Positions 11,153 to 21,142 are shown, numbered from the stretch's first letter. The stretch is DNA of 64,000 nt from a virus (IMGVR_UViG_2728368993_000001:50818-114817), one strand, 5' to 3'. The notes: a model not told the origin generated them from the sequence alone. Translations and numbers: made by a program.

Positions 11153-12940
11153 TTATTCTTCTCCTCTTTTTAAAAAGTCAGGATGAAGCATTTCAAGAAA
11201 ATTCAACAGTAATCGCTTTTCAAAAATAATGATGGCTCTACACTGATCCGCTGTTTTAATCGGGATATACTCCTTATGAGCGATTGTATTGCGATAAGTA
11301 ACTATTTTTTCCAATTGCTCTTTTAAAATTCTTTTTTCCCTAGATTGGAAGATGGCAGCATCCTCTTTTAAAATTCCAATCTCTTCAACAATTTCTTTTA
11401 TGGTAATGGAATCACCAAACCATTCCCAGCCATCAAATAATATATGAAGGATAGAACCAAAGGTAAAGAGTCTGATTTTTAAGGAATTTTTGGTCTTAAA
11501 TACCATAGTGTTCGGCCATTTATTAAGTTTAGACTTCCCTATATTAATCTTACAGTATTCTTCGATTGGTTGATGGATTTTGCAATAGAATTCAAATTCA
11601 AGGGCTTTTGTTAAATTAATGACGGCTGGTGAAAAATCAAGGGTTTCTCTGAATGCTTCATGATCCATACTTTTATAAATAAATTCTGATGTAATGATAA
11701 ATTGTTTTGTATCAGGTTCTAAAAATACCCAATAATCCCCAAAGAAATCGAATAGTTCCTTCTCAATTTCTTTAATTTGCTCTTTTGGTATTTTTGTGTG
11801 GAACTTGTTGATGTTTAACACCCAATCTTCAATTCGCTGTATACTTTCTTCTGTTGAACAATCCTCTAATTCCAAGAGTTCTCGGAGTCTTCCTAAATTA
11901 TTAGACAAACGTTTATATTCATTTTGAAGGGCAGTTATTTGAATATAACTCTTTAGAATATTTCTGTATGAAAAATCCTTTACCGGCATGGAGTCCAAGG
12001 CATCATTGGTAATTATACTGAATGGACAGCTGTAACTGTTCAATCTCTCCTTTGATACTTTAATGGCCTCTTCTGAGGAGTCGATTCCAATCCAACGCCT
12101 GCCCATGTTTCCTGCAGCCACTAAAGTACTGCTGGAACCTGAAAAAGGATCCAAGATGACCTCATCAGGATGAGAGCCCATTTTGATAACCCTTTCCATT
12201 AGGGCCAAAGGTAGTTGTCCAGCATAATTAGTTATTTTTTCATGTGGAAGGGTTCTCATGTAAATATCGCCCCAGTCAGAACCAACCTCTTTTTCCTTTT
12301 CGTAATATTTTAAGGATGGGCTTCCTGTACGAGGATGGTAGTAAATGAGTCCTTCTTTATCAAGTTGATTTAGCTTTTCTTCGCTGTACTTCCAATAAAG
12401 TCGCTCCGTAGGTGTTACGCCTTTCCAGGTGAATTTCCGGTTGCCACTTAATTCTAGAGGAGTAAACAAAGTAACGGTAGTAAAGCGACCAACTTTGTCT
12501 TCTAGACGGTATTGTTTTTGTTCCTCTGTTGTAAGTGGCCGGGTAATTTTGTTTAAATTATACTTCCCGGAGTTGCTGTAAATTAATAGAGTTTGATGGT
12601 CAGGACGAAGTGATTTGGTGTTGCCAAAAAACACGTGTTTGAGTTTAATTTCTAACGGCTGTTCCTCCTGCTCAAAAACTTGGTCTAAAATAAATCTAAA
12701 ATTAATAGAGGAGGCTGGAATATGATAAAAGAATACTAGCCCATCTTCTTTTAAGACCCTTCTAATTTGCTGAAAGACTTTGGAATAATATTCTGATATT
12801 ACTTCTAGCAATCCATCCGTTTTACTCATCCAATCTCCTAAATAGGCAGGTGGATCTAAGAACACAAGTGAAGCAACCCTTCCATCCATTCTCTCCAAGA
12901 CTTTTAACGAATCTGCCCAAAACAAAGCGTTTTCATGCAT
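11153..12940 (-). CDS. N6/N4 DNA methyltransferase-like domain (degenerate) fused to a C-terminal HEPN-like domain
   Basis: DPPA (motif IV), DPFSGSS (motif I), GRRWIGID; coiled coil; LDFSPAVINLTKALE and RNTIAH (Rx4H). Confidence 0.8.
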   Translation of the reverse strand: MHENALFWADSLKVLERMDGRVASLVFLDPPAYLGDWMSKTDGLLEVISEYYSKVFQQIRRVLKEDGLVFFYHIPASSINFRFILDQVFEQEEQPLEIKLKHVFFGNTKSLRPDHQTLLIYSNSGKYNLNKITRPLTTEEQKQYRLEDKVGRFTTVTLFTPLELSGNRKFTWKGVTPTERLYWKYSEEKLNQLDKEGLIYYHPRTGSPSLKYYEKEKEVGSDWGDIYMRTLPHEKITNYAGQLPLALMERVIKMGSHPDEVILDPFSGSSSTLVAAGNMGRRWIGIDSSEEAIKVSKERLNSYSCPFSIITNDALDSMPVKDFSYRNILKSYIQITALQNEYKRLSNNLGRLRELLELEDCSTEESIQRIEDWVLNINKFHTKIPKEQIKEIEKELFDFFGDYWVFLEPDTKQFIITSEFIYKSMDHEAFRETLDFSPAVINLTKALEFEFYCKIHQPIEEYCKINIGKSKLNKWPNTMVFKTKNSLKIRLFTFGSILHILFDGWEWFGDSITIKEIVEEIGILKEDAAIFQSREKRILKEQLEKIVTYRNTIAHKEYIPIKTADQCRAIIIFEKRLLLNFLEMLHPDFLKRGEE

Positions 12941-13724
12941 AGATTTCCGTCCTTTTACTGTTTTTGTCTAGTTAATAGTTTACTATTGATAATAGATTTG
13001 ATTAAGGTCAAATGCAAGTGTTTCCAGTGCTACTCCCTCTATATAATTCCTGCCTGATGCTTCCGCTTAGCTGGGCATATATCCGGATGGTTTCACTTTT
13101 TTCATGACAGAAAAACTTGTATTGCTCACGTTAAATCCTTTTTTTATGATATTGTTAGGTAAATTGATGTTCTTTCCGGTCTCTTATTACCTGCTTTGAT
13201 AGGATTAACGAACAAACTAAAAAGTTTTAGAAGGAAGCATTCTTTGCAAGAATGTGAGGAAATTCACTTAAACTAATGGATGCGTTAGTTGAAGAATAAA
13301 GAATAAAAAAAGTTTATTTCCTCAAACTGGAAACCGGCTTTTTTTATGGGTTGAGACTCCCTTAGCGTTGTAAATTCGCATTTCCCTGACTATATATTTG
13401 AACTTAGTTTCATTAAACCTACTTCTTTTTTAAGGGATTCAATTTATTAGTTCTATAATCCTCCCTATTTACAAATACTTCATAAATCTGTGTTGCTAAA
13501 TGTCCTGCTGCTCTTTTAAGAGTTGTATCATATACCTCAGCTGGAACTGCTTTGCATCGAAGTAAGTTAGTTGGTGGGCATAAGGGGTAACGATAATCTT
13601 AATTATTTGGATCTACAATATGTGGACTTTAGATAGTATTCCTATATTCTTAATTTAAGTAACCCCTTTTCTTCAAGAAAGTGGTTACTTAAATGGAATA
13701 TTAAAATTATAATTACACAGCCCC

Positions 13725-14660
13725 TTAAAAATCCCCAGTACTTGACAGACGGCTTACTTTCTCATTAACTTTAGCCTGAATACTCTCTCCAATACCCTTG
13801 ATTAATTCAATTTTTTGGTTAATCGACCAGTTTTCATTAGAGATATCGTTACCATATCTATCTATAATATTCGGAATAGCTTCTAGCGCAACCATTAAAA
13901 CAACTTTTGCAGTTAATTCTTCAGTGGGATCCATAAAATAATCCCCTAAGTAATTTTCAAAATTTATATCAATAGATCCACTTAGCTTTAGAAAAAGCTC
14001 AATCGTATGATTTTTATACTCTATAACAGGTTTTACATATGTGACTTCTTCGTTTTCAAAAAGAAACGCAAGGGTACTTAGTGCATTCATAATTCGGTTT
14101 CCGGATCCAATCACTTCAGCTAATTGATCATGTGATGACCCCTTAAATCCCACAATTTTCTTTATAACTAGATGTGAAGATTCATCGATAGACTCATCAG
14201 TAGAGTTTAACACTTTAGAAATCATCCAGATAAATAAATCCTCGGTAATTTGAAAGGGATTACTTTTAATTTCTCCTTGACCAGTATAATTATTTATTTT
14301 TCTTAAAATAGTTTTTGTAGTATCATTATTAGATTTATTAGTAATATACTGTGTTCTTACATTATCAGAATAAACAATTATGTAACCTACTATTGAGTAT
14401 ATTCTTGAGGAACGCATTTCATTGGTTTCTTCTCCAGTTCTAACTCTTTCATATTCATATTTTATTATATTGTAATTAATCTCTGCGCCATTCAACTCTA
14501 TCACTTTATTATTTTCAAATGACTTTGTAATATTGTATCGCAAATTTTCATTAGTTAATGGATCTGTAACTGAAATGTTCCAATCATCGTAATTTAACAT
14601 ATTTGATATTATTTCTTCCATCGTTTTCTCTGTATTATCTGACCACCTAGATAAAGACAC
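13725..14660 (-). CDS. Hypothetical protein, gene 3 of a low-GC three-gene moron
   Basis: 311-aa ORF starting 5 bp after the upstream stop. Confidence 0.8.
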   Translation of the reverse strand: MSLSRWSDNTEKTMEEIISNMLNYDDWNISVTDPLTNENLRYNITKSFENNKVIELNGAEINYNIIKYEYERVRTGEETNEMRSSRIYSIVGYIIVYSDNVRTQYITNKSNNDTTKTILRKINNYTGQGEIKSNPFQITEDLFIWMISKVLNSTDESIDESSHLVIKKIVGFKGSSHDQLAEVIGSGNRIMNALSTLAFLFENEEVTYVKPVIEYKNHTIELFLKLSGSIDINFENYLGDYFMDPTEELTAKVVLMVALEAIPNIIDRYGNDISNENWSINQKIELIKGIGESIQAKVNEKVSRLSSTGDF

Positions 14661-14665
14661 ATTAA

Positions 14666-15298
14666 TTACCCCTTTATTTCAATTTTCAAACCTTGAAATT
14701 TAATTCTTCTTAAAGGATTTCTGTTCCCCTTTATTAGCTCAGGAATAATTTCAATTTTATTTTTTTCTTCAGCGTTGCCATTACCAATTAAATCAATAGC
14801 TATTTCCTTGGTTTGATTGATTTCTTTTTGCTGATTGAACATTTTTTTCAAATTAAAAACATATTGATTGTGTTCATCTAATGAGGTCAAATAAGGTCGG
14901 CCTTTTATTTGCATATCTAGCCAATCTGGATAATTTAATACTATTTCAGCAGGAATGTTTTCCCTTTTCCCTTTAGCTGTTATTTCTAATATTATTTTTT
15001 TATTTTCATTATGTTTTATCTTTACATTTTTAAGTTTATCTTCTGTATAAAATAATTTAATATCAATTGTAGTTTTTAAAGAAGAATAAAAATACATGAT
15101 TGTAGATACAATTATTGAGAAAATAAAATTATAAATACCCAAATCCATAAACCATAGAAGTTTATCATTTTGTGAGTTAATGAACTTTTCTGCAAGTGAT
15201 ATTTCAAAATAAAGTGGAATTATTGTGAATATAAGTACTATTAGATTTTTCAGATAATTTCTAAATTCTTTTTCAATATCTTTTTTTAATTCTGTCAT
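14666..15298 (-). CDS. Hypothetical two-TM protein, gene 2 of the moron
   Basis: Two hydrophobic N-terminal helices; ATGA overlap with gene 1. Confidence 0.8.
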   Translation of the reverse strand: MTELKKDIEKEFRNYLKNLIVLIFTIIPLYFEISLAEKFINSQNDKLLWFMDLGIYNFIFSIIVSTIMYFYSSLKTTIDIKLFYTEDKLKNVKIKHNENKKIILEITAKGKRENIPAEIVLNYPDWLDMQIKGRPYLTSLDEHNQYVFNLKKMFNQQKEINQTKEIAIDLIGNGNAEEKNKIEIIPELIKGNRNPLRRIKFQGLKIEIKG

Positions 15299-15768
15299 GA
15301 TAAATAATTATCTAAAACTTTCTCAAGAATTCCTTTAAAAATTAAATTTAATTTATTACCCATTATCAATCCGTTTGAATAAACAGTATACGGATTTTTG
15401 TTATAATATAATTCAATGTTAAAAATATCTATTGAATTATTATCTAGAGCCCATTTTAAGAGTTCCTTTAAATTAATAAATTGTAAACGATCTTTTCTAA
15501 TTTTTAACACTAAATTTTTTACATCAATTTTTAAATTTTCGTCTGTATTATCTGTGAAGTTAATACCTAATATGTATCCTTCGTTCATAATAATCGCATT
15601 TAAAATTTCTATCATTAATTCTGAATTAATGATTACTTGTTTATAACCTTTGGCTTTCATTCTTAATATAACTTCATGATATTTTTCTACATCTGGATTA
15701 TAGGATTCCGTGCAAATATTCAGTTTATCATTAGAATATTTACGGAATATTTTTCCATATTCATCCAT
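15295..15768 (-). CDS. Hypothetical protein, gene 1 of the moron
   Basis: 157-aa ORF with GAGGAG RBS. Confidence 0.8.
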   Translation of the reverse strand: MDEYGKIFRKYSNDKLNICTESYNPDVEKYHEVILRMKAKGYKQVIINSELMIEILNAIIMNEGYILGINFTDNTDENLKIDVKNLVLKIRKDRLQFINLKELLKWALDNNSIDIFNIELYYNKNPYTVYSNGLIMGNKLNLIFKGILEKVLDNYLS

Positions 15769-15880
15769 AAAAAAACTCCTCTAAAAATCTATAGTATGTT
15801 ACTTTAAATAATTTCCTATTCCAACTTGTAAAGTATACTACCCCAATGGTTTATTTTAAACCTAATTTGCTAAATTAATT

Positions 15881-15908
15881 TATTCTACAACAAACTCATT
15901 TATCCTTT
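15881..15908 (-). promoter_or_regulatory. SigH-like promoter for the three-gene moron
   Basis: AAAGGATAAA...GTAGAAT. Confidence 0.55.
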
Positions 15909-15992
15909 TTCTGAATTCTTTATTTTATATTAACAGATTTACGTTTCCCCTCTCAAACAAGAGAAGGGCTTATTTATTTTACAAAAATTTTA

Positions 15993-16020
15993 CAAGGACT
16001 TTTATCCTAATCGTCAAATA
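15993..16020 (+). promoter_or_regulatory. SigH-like promoter
   Basis: CAAGGACTTT...GTCAAAT upstream of the 16063 ORF. Confidence 0.5.
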
Positions 16021-16062
16021 TAAATGGTGTAGGCTTCTAACTATTTATATAGGAGTGATTAA

Positions 16063-16338
16063 ATGGATAAGATTGGAGAACATTTGTATTATTTATGGGA
16101 ATTGATTTGGTATGGGTACGTAATTCATTTTTGGGATTGGTTTTGGTATTACCGCAGAGGGAAAATAAAATTTACTGTCTATGATTTCGGAGATTATTAT
16201 AATGTGTCGGCTTCGAACGGAAGATTGATTGTTTACAATGCTTACGGAAGTACAATAGAAGAGGCAAAGAAAATGGCGTTGTGGAGATTGCGAAACTCTA
16301 ACAGTGATAAAAGTAGCGCCCCTATTCGTATAGAATAA
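16063..16338 (+). CDS. Hypothetical aromatic-rich moron protein
   Basis: AGGAG RBS; opposite strand to the lysis genes. Confidence 0.7.
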   Translation: MDKIGEHLYYLWELIWYGYVIHFWDWFWYYRRGKIKFTVYDFGDYYNVSASNGRLIVYNAYGSTIEEAKKMALWRLRNSNSDKSSAPIRIE

Positions 16339-16424
16339 GGGCTTTTACGTAAATCTCAGGGGAACATTATTATATTTCCCCTTCAACTATATGAACAAAC
16401 ATTAATTGAGTAAGATTTTTTATT

Positions 16425-17222
16425 TTATTTCCCTGTGATATAACCTCGGTCAATAGCAACGTATACCAACTCTAGAGCTTGAGCGACAGTTAATTCTCCC
16501 TTAGCTTGCTTCTCACGCCACTCTTTTCCTAGCGCCGGGTCTTTATTCTCGAAACGTGATAATACTCGTAATACTGCGTTAGCTGCTTCTTGCGTGCTCG
16601 GCTTAAATGGTTGACCCATTTCATCTTCCTCCTTTTCAACTGTTGCTGGTCTAACGATTGCCTTTGCGCTTAAATTCAAAAACTTGGCCACACCTCGTGC
16701 ATAGGCAGCAGCCATATCCTTGATGAAATTGTTATTCTTTAGCAATTCAGCATCTTTGGAGTCAATATAAGCTATTTCAGTTAACACGGCAGACATGTTA
16801 GTTTGACGGACAACGGCAAGATTACCTTGTTTACTATCATCACCATGGGGGCCTAAACCGTATTTCTTAGCAGTAGCAAGAGCCTCCGCGTTGACTAGGC
16901 TTTGAAGTTTCACGGAACCAGCACTCGGTTTCGTGTAGATATAAGACTCGTAGCCTGTCCCTCCTCCAGCGTTCACATGGTTAGAGATAAATACATCCGC
17001 ATTGGCTCTATTGGCAATATCAGCTCGTTCAGATAGTTCTAAAAAAACATCTATGGTCCGTGTAAGTGAGGTTTCATGCCTTGTATAATTTGCATCAAGG
17101 TATCTTTTCATTTCTTTTGAGATATCCAATGTGATATTTTTCTCTTGTAAGCCATTTCCAACTGCCCCGGGATCTTTTCCTCCGTGTCCTGAGTCAATAA
17201 TAATTTTCACCATATTAATCAC
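16425..17222 (-). CDS. Endolysin, N-acetylmuramoyl-L-alanine amidase (Amidase_3)
   Basis: DSGHGGKDPGA, EKNITL, FISNHVNAGGG, AVLTE. Confidence 0.95.
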   Translation of the reverse strand: MINMVKIIIDSGHGGKDPGAVGNGLQEKNITLDISKEMKRYLDANYTRHETSLTRTIDVFLELSERADIANRANADVFISNHVNAGGGTGYESYIYTKPSAGSVKLQSLVNAEALATAKKYGLGPHGDDSKQGNLAVVRQTNMSAVLTEIAYIDSKDAELLKNNNFIKDMAAAYARGVAKFLNLSAKAIVRPATVEKEEDEMGQPFKPSTQEAANAVLRVLSRFENKDPALGKEWREKQAKGELTVAQALELVYVAIDRGYITGK

Positions 17223-17270
17223 CTCATGTTTTATTTATATGAACAAAAAAAGCCATCCGTGTGGACAACC

Positions 17271-17483
17271 TCATTTCCCCTTTTTCTTTTTAAACCAGCC
17301 TGTATGAGTGTTCTTCCACACTGCATACACGTTAATAGCAAGAGCAACCAATGCAGAAATAACAAGCACGAAAGCGTTAATACTCGCCTCAGTAAACCAG
17401 TCAAACTTAATCCCAATTGTTCCAAAGAAAAAAAGAAGGGCTGTAAGGAACCCTCCTAGTAACGTGAATACATCCTTTTTCAC
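17271..17483 (-). CDS. Phage holin
   Basis: Two TM helices, WKNT motif, basic tail; adjacent to the endolysin. Confidence 0.88.
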   Translation of the reverse strand: MKKDVFTLLGGFLTALLFFFGTIGIKFDWFTEASINAFVLVISALVALAINVYAVWKNTHTGWFKKKKGK

Positions 17484-17484
17484 T

Positions 17485-17757
17485 TCAATGTCCTCCTTTT
17501 AAAACGTTATAAAAAATAGCGATAGCCCCGCCGATTATACCGGTGCTGATCGCAGTAACAATAGCTGCAGTTATCGTCCTTTTTATCCAAGTAGTGTTAT
17601 CATCAATTTTATTGAGTTTTTCAGCCATTGAGATAATCTGTTGATCATGCCTATCTGATGTTCTTTCTAAAACATTGACCCTATTTTCAAGTGATTTAAC
17701 ATCACTCTTAACTTCTGTTATCTCTTTATCATGCGTGTTCATTGCAGTTCCCTCCAA
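17485..17757 (-). CDS. XhlA-family lysis protein
   Basis: Coiled coil, KIDDNTTWIKRTI, C-terminal TM. Confidence 0.88.
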   Translation of the reverse strand: MEGTAMNTHDKEITEVKSDVKSLENRVNVLERTSDRHDQQIISMAEKLNKIDDNTTWIKRTITAAIVTAISTGIIGGAIAIFYNVLKGGH

Positions 17758-17845
17758 TGTCCTTCGCCCCCTTTTAACATAAAATTCTCTCTATCTGTGT
17801 ATGTCTAGGTTGTTTTGCATATAAAAAAGCCATCCGAATGGACAG

Positions 17846-19042
17846 CTATCGTTTTGCCAATTTAATCTGTTTACTAGGTTTAAGTTGTTTGCTAGGTGTA
17901 TTCGCTAGTTGAAATGGCTCATAAGCTGAAGCAGCTGAACCTTCTTCTAGCTGAATGGAATTTAAGTCGGCATACCCATCAGCATTCCTGTCACCTGTAT
18001 CAATATAAATGTACTTGATCGGCTTATTTTCCGTTGTAAATGTGAGGATCGTTTCACTATAGTTATTTAAACATTCACCCGGAATAGTCGACGTATTATC
18101 CGCATAGAAAATAGTTACTTTGTTAAAATACGTTGTTCTTTTGAATCTACCTCTAAGTGTGTATGTTGTATTAGGCTTTATCTTATCCGATAAAATTAAA
18201 GGCGTTCCCGTTAATACGCCTGTGCCTATACCATAATATCCATTGAAGCGCAGGACATTTTTCCCGCTTTCTGTGGTTCTTAACACCCATTCCGATTCGT
18301 TGAATAAATTCTTTTTCGGAACCTTAACAGCACTTTTGTTTACGCCCACGTAGGGTTCGTAGGCGGTTGCAACTGAACCCTTTTCTATTTGAATATCTTT
18401 TACAAAATTAAATATATCTGTTGACTGATGATGTCCGAAGTACAACTTATTCCCTCTTGGTTTAATAGTGAATCCAGAGTTTTGTATAATTCCTGCGTTT
18501 ACATGTGCAATCCATCTAGGAGTACCCGCGCCAGTGGATATATTATCGTTCACAATTAGATAGCGGCTTTCAAATCCTGGTGAGCGTTTAAAAGTTACAA
18601 CGTAATTTACATTTGGTTCCACATCTACTTCCACCCAATAATACGCAACTGCTAAATACCATTTTGTTGTATCGTAAAACGAGTCATTCCATAGATTCTT
18701 TTTCGGCATTTTCTTAACAATCATAGGTTTTTCGACTATTTGAATGTCTTGGATAACGATATCACCTTTGGATTTAAGATCGTAAAAATAAACGAAATCA
18801 CCCGTTTTAATCGTTCTCTCAAATCTATATTCTTTGAATTCCTCAGTTAAAGTGAGAGTGTGAAACTGTTTATTATCAACCAAATACCACAATTCTAATT
18901 CAGCTTTGCTTGGCGACTTAGCTTTAAATGACACTACGAGATCAGAAAATCTATTGCTGTTGGCTATTTTATTATTCCATCCAGTAGGTAAAGGGTTATA
19001 GCTGGTAGGTTGTCCACCAGCTTCCCATAGATTAATAGCCAT
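17846..19042 (-). CDS. Tail-associated protein with repeated carbohydrate-binding-like modules
   Basis: Repeated KKNL(W/F)N and IQ(I/L)E(K/E)GSxA(T/S)AYEP. Confidence 0.75.
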   Translation of the reverse strand: MAINLWEAGGQPTSYNPLPTGWNNKIANSNRFSDLVVSFKAKSPSKAELELWYLVDNKQFHTLTLTEEFKEYRFERTIKTGDFVYFYDLKSKGDIVIQDIQIVEKPMIVKKMPKKNLWNDSFYDTTKWYLAVAYYWVEVDVEPNVNYVVTFKRSPGFESRYLIVNDNISTGAGTPRWIAHVNAGIIQNSGFTIKPRGNKLYFGHHQSTDIFNFVKDIQIEKGSVATAYEPYVGVNKSAVKVPKKNLFNESEWVLRTTESGKNVLRFNGYYGIGTGVLTGTPLILSDKIKPNTTYTLRGRFKRTTYFNKVTIFYADNTSTIPGECLNNYSETILTFTTENKPIKYIYIDTGDRNADGYADLNSIQLEEGSAASAYEPFQLANTPSKQLKPSKQIKLAKR

Positions 19043-19044
19043 AT

Positions 19045-19275
19045 TTATTCACCATCAATCGAAAGTAAATATTCAGCCGTATCACCATTAATAACCTCGT
19101 TTGGATTCGCTTTGTTGTAAGTAGAAACTAGATAGAATGTATCGCATACAGGCTGTACATGAGTTGGTTCAAACGCTTCTAGAATGGCGATTAGCTTATC
19201 TTTAATTGTTACCTCTTTGGCTGGTGCCAATTCCATAATTCCATTTACATGTGGTGGTTCGTAATAGATTGTCAT
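19045..19275 (-). CDS. Hypothetical phage protein
   Basis: ORF coupled to its neighbours. Confidence 0.7.
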   Translation of the reverse strand: MTIYYEPPHVNGIMELAPAKEVTIKDKLIAILEAFEPTHVQPVCDTFYLVSTYNKANPNEVINGDTAEYLLSIDGE

Positions 19276-19287
19276 ACTGTTACCCCC

Positions 19288-19773
19288 TTATGCTTTTAAG
19301 TAAATCCAAGCGTTCATCGTATGTGCTACTGTGTCTTGATTTGAAAGTCCAACTCTAACAAATCGTGCGCCTATTTCATAAACAGCTTTCTTAGTTGTTG
19401 TAGTACTTTGAGGTATATTATCAAATCCGGCTTCGTTCACACCATCAGGAGAGTAATAAACATACACGATAGAGTTAGCAGGTCCATCGTTCTTGAACGT
19501 AATTCCTATCTTGTCAAACCCGTCTGTGTCGAACCAAGCGCTTTGACTAAGTCCACTAGCAGGTACACTAACTGCGGCATGCGTTTGAATAGTCTTTTGA
19601 TAGTGTCCTTGAATGTCAACAGGTTGCATGATTGCACTATCTTTTAACGAGCTAGGAATTGGATTATTTTCTCCTGTTAATACCATCGATCCGTCTTTTT
19701 TTTCATGTTGCGGCAGGGGGACAGCTATCCCGTATAAATAAGTAAAAAGTATATCTTTTATTTTCTTGGGCAT
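19288..19773 (-). CDS. Hypothetical phage structural protein
   Basis: Beta-rich; GAGGTG RBS. Confidence 0.75.
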   Translation of the reverse strand: MPKKIKDILFTYLYGIAVPLPQHEKKDGSMVLTGENNPIPSSLKDSAIMQPVDIQGHYQKTIQTHAAVSVPASGLSQSAWFDTDGFDKIGITFKNDGPANSIVYVYYSPDGVNEAGFDNIPQSTTTTKKAVYEIGARFVRVGLSNQDTVAHTMNAWIYLKA

Positions 19774-19840
19774 GTGATCACCTCATTAATTAATTGGAAA
19801 AATGGTATAAAAAATACACCTATTTAGTAGGTGCATAAAA

Positions 19841-20398
19841 TTAATCAACCTCTATGTTATTTTGCCAGACAATTACCCATTCAATATTGTTTCCATGTAG
19901 AGTAGAACTGTAGTTTAATAATCCTGCTGTGAAACTGTGTTCACCTTGTTCTAAAAGAACATAAGAAAACGGCTCTGTCCCATCTGTAGCTGATATTGAA
20001 AGCTTTGTTGTCGGATCATCCCAGTTTATTGAACCGTTCAAACCTGTTACTTTTATAAATTTTCCCTCTTCCAAAAATTGTCCAGAAACAGTTCCTTTTG
20101 CCCACTTTAAAGGGTAATTTTCTTTAATCAATTTCAAAACCTTTTTATCAATTGAGTTCTCTGCCTGATCTATACCTCGTTCTATCCCTTTACTAATAGA
20201 AGTTTTCACTAAAAAATATAGAGCTATCCCAACAGCACTAACTGAGGCAACTATTATTCCTAATACAGAATAAAACCAATAAATATTATTATTGATATTC
20301 TCTTGAAAAAGCGACACATTGTCTTGTAAACCTTCAAATCTTAATTCTAAATCCCTAATTTTTGTGGCTAATTCCTCTGTTTTCATAACTTCCTCCAC
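19841..20398 (-). CDS. Single-TM moron protein
   Basis: Coiled coil plus TM; flanked by ATAAAAAATACACCT terminators. Confidence 0.75.
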   Translation of the reverse strand: MEEVMKTEELATKIRDLELRFEGLQDNVSLFQENINNNIYWFYSVLGIIVASVSAVGIALYFLVKTSISKGIERGIDQAENSIDKKVLKLIKENYPLKWAKGTVSGQFLEEGKFIKVTGLNGSINWDDPTTKLSISATDGTEPFSYVLLEQGEHSFTAGLLNYSSTLHGNNIEWVIVWQNNIEVD

Positions 20399-20537
20399 CC
20401 CGTAAACTATTACAAGGTGAGTATATCACTTTGAATAAGAAATAAAAAGTTGGAGCTAAACATAACAGCATATACAAAACCATTAATAAAAGAGAAATAT
20501 TGTAATAGTTTGTAATCCAATTCAATTTATTCTCCAT
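20355..20537 (-). CDS. Small hydrophobic moron protein
   Basis: 60-aa ORF with one TM and an AAGGA RBS. Confidence 0.45.
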   Translation of the reverse strand: MENKLNWITNYYNISLLLMVLYMLLCLAPTFYFLFKVIYSPCNSLRGGGSYENRGISHKN

Positions 20538-20628
20538 CCTTCTTTTAATTCACTTTATGAGAATTTCGGCATAAAAAATACACCTCATTGGGTGTTTGGT
20601 TTGTTGCATATAATTTTCCTGTTACGCA

Positions 20629-20784
20629 TTAAGCTACTCGTTGATTATCCATTAAACCTTTTAATTCTGTGTATTGCGCTGGTGAAATTCGGTTTCCTAA
20701 AAGGTAAACGTCTAATTTATTAAGCATGTTAGTATACTCGTAATTTCCACCTTGAATAACTTGTTTTGATAATGAGTAAATCAT
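20629..20784 (-). CDS. XkdX-like small tail protein (not in ORF track)
   Basis: MIYSLSKQVIQGGNYEYTNMLNKLDVYLLGNRISPAQYTELKGLMDNQRVA; GGAGGT RBS. Confidence 0.8.
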   Translation of the reverse strand: MIYSLSKQVIQGGNYEYTNMLNKLDVYLLGNRISPAQYTELKGLMDNQRVA

Positions 20785-20797
20785 TTTCGCACCTCCC

Positions 20798-21142
20798 TTA
20801 AATTCCGTTTCTTATTTCAGTTAGTACCGCGATATATTCTATGTTCAATAGAATTTGCGCTTGAAATTCCTCTTGCGATATGGATTTTTCTGACGGTGTG
20901 TATCCTTCAATCACGACGTATTCTTGAATTAACTTCTTTGTGGCAGAATCCCATGTATCGGAAATCCGAAACCCTTCTTTTTCTGGTAATAAAGCCACGT
21001 TTCCGATATCTATTTCGTTAATTTTTGATGAGTCATATGGGATTTTAGAACTAGAAACAGTTACTAATTCATTTGTTTTTGTCACATATACAATCATACG
21101 TTCAACACCTCCGCTTCTTTGATTTTTTCTGTTATGTTGCAC
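20798..21142 (-). CDS. Tail fibre assembly-type protein
   Basis: Position; C-terminal EFQAQILLNIEYIAVL (true start is probably the internal MIVYV). Confidence 0.65.
   Translation of the reverse strand: MQHNRKNQRSGGVERMIVYVTKTNELVTVSSSKIPYDSSKINEIDIGNVALLPEKEGFRISDTWDSATKKLIQEYVVIEGYTPSEKSISQEEFQAQILLNIEYIAVLTEIRNGI

Larger units (their letters stand above)
10697..13398. mobile_element. Non-autonomous Tn3-family cassette bounded by Tn1546-like 38-bp IRs
   Basis: Left GGGGTAGAGTCAGGGAAATGCGGATTTACAACGTTGAT (10697-10734); right inverted copy 13361-13398 matches 25/26 in the core but has lost the outer GGGG; no tnpA/tnpR inside. Confidence 0.8.

Noticed and set aside
10637-11173. Short + strand ORFs 10637..10834 and 10958..11173
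   Set aside because: They cross a transposon IR or a terminator and have no RBS; likely spurious
11153-12940. Type III restriction-modification system
   Set aside because: No res gene and the MTase motifs are degenerate
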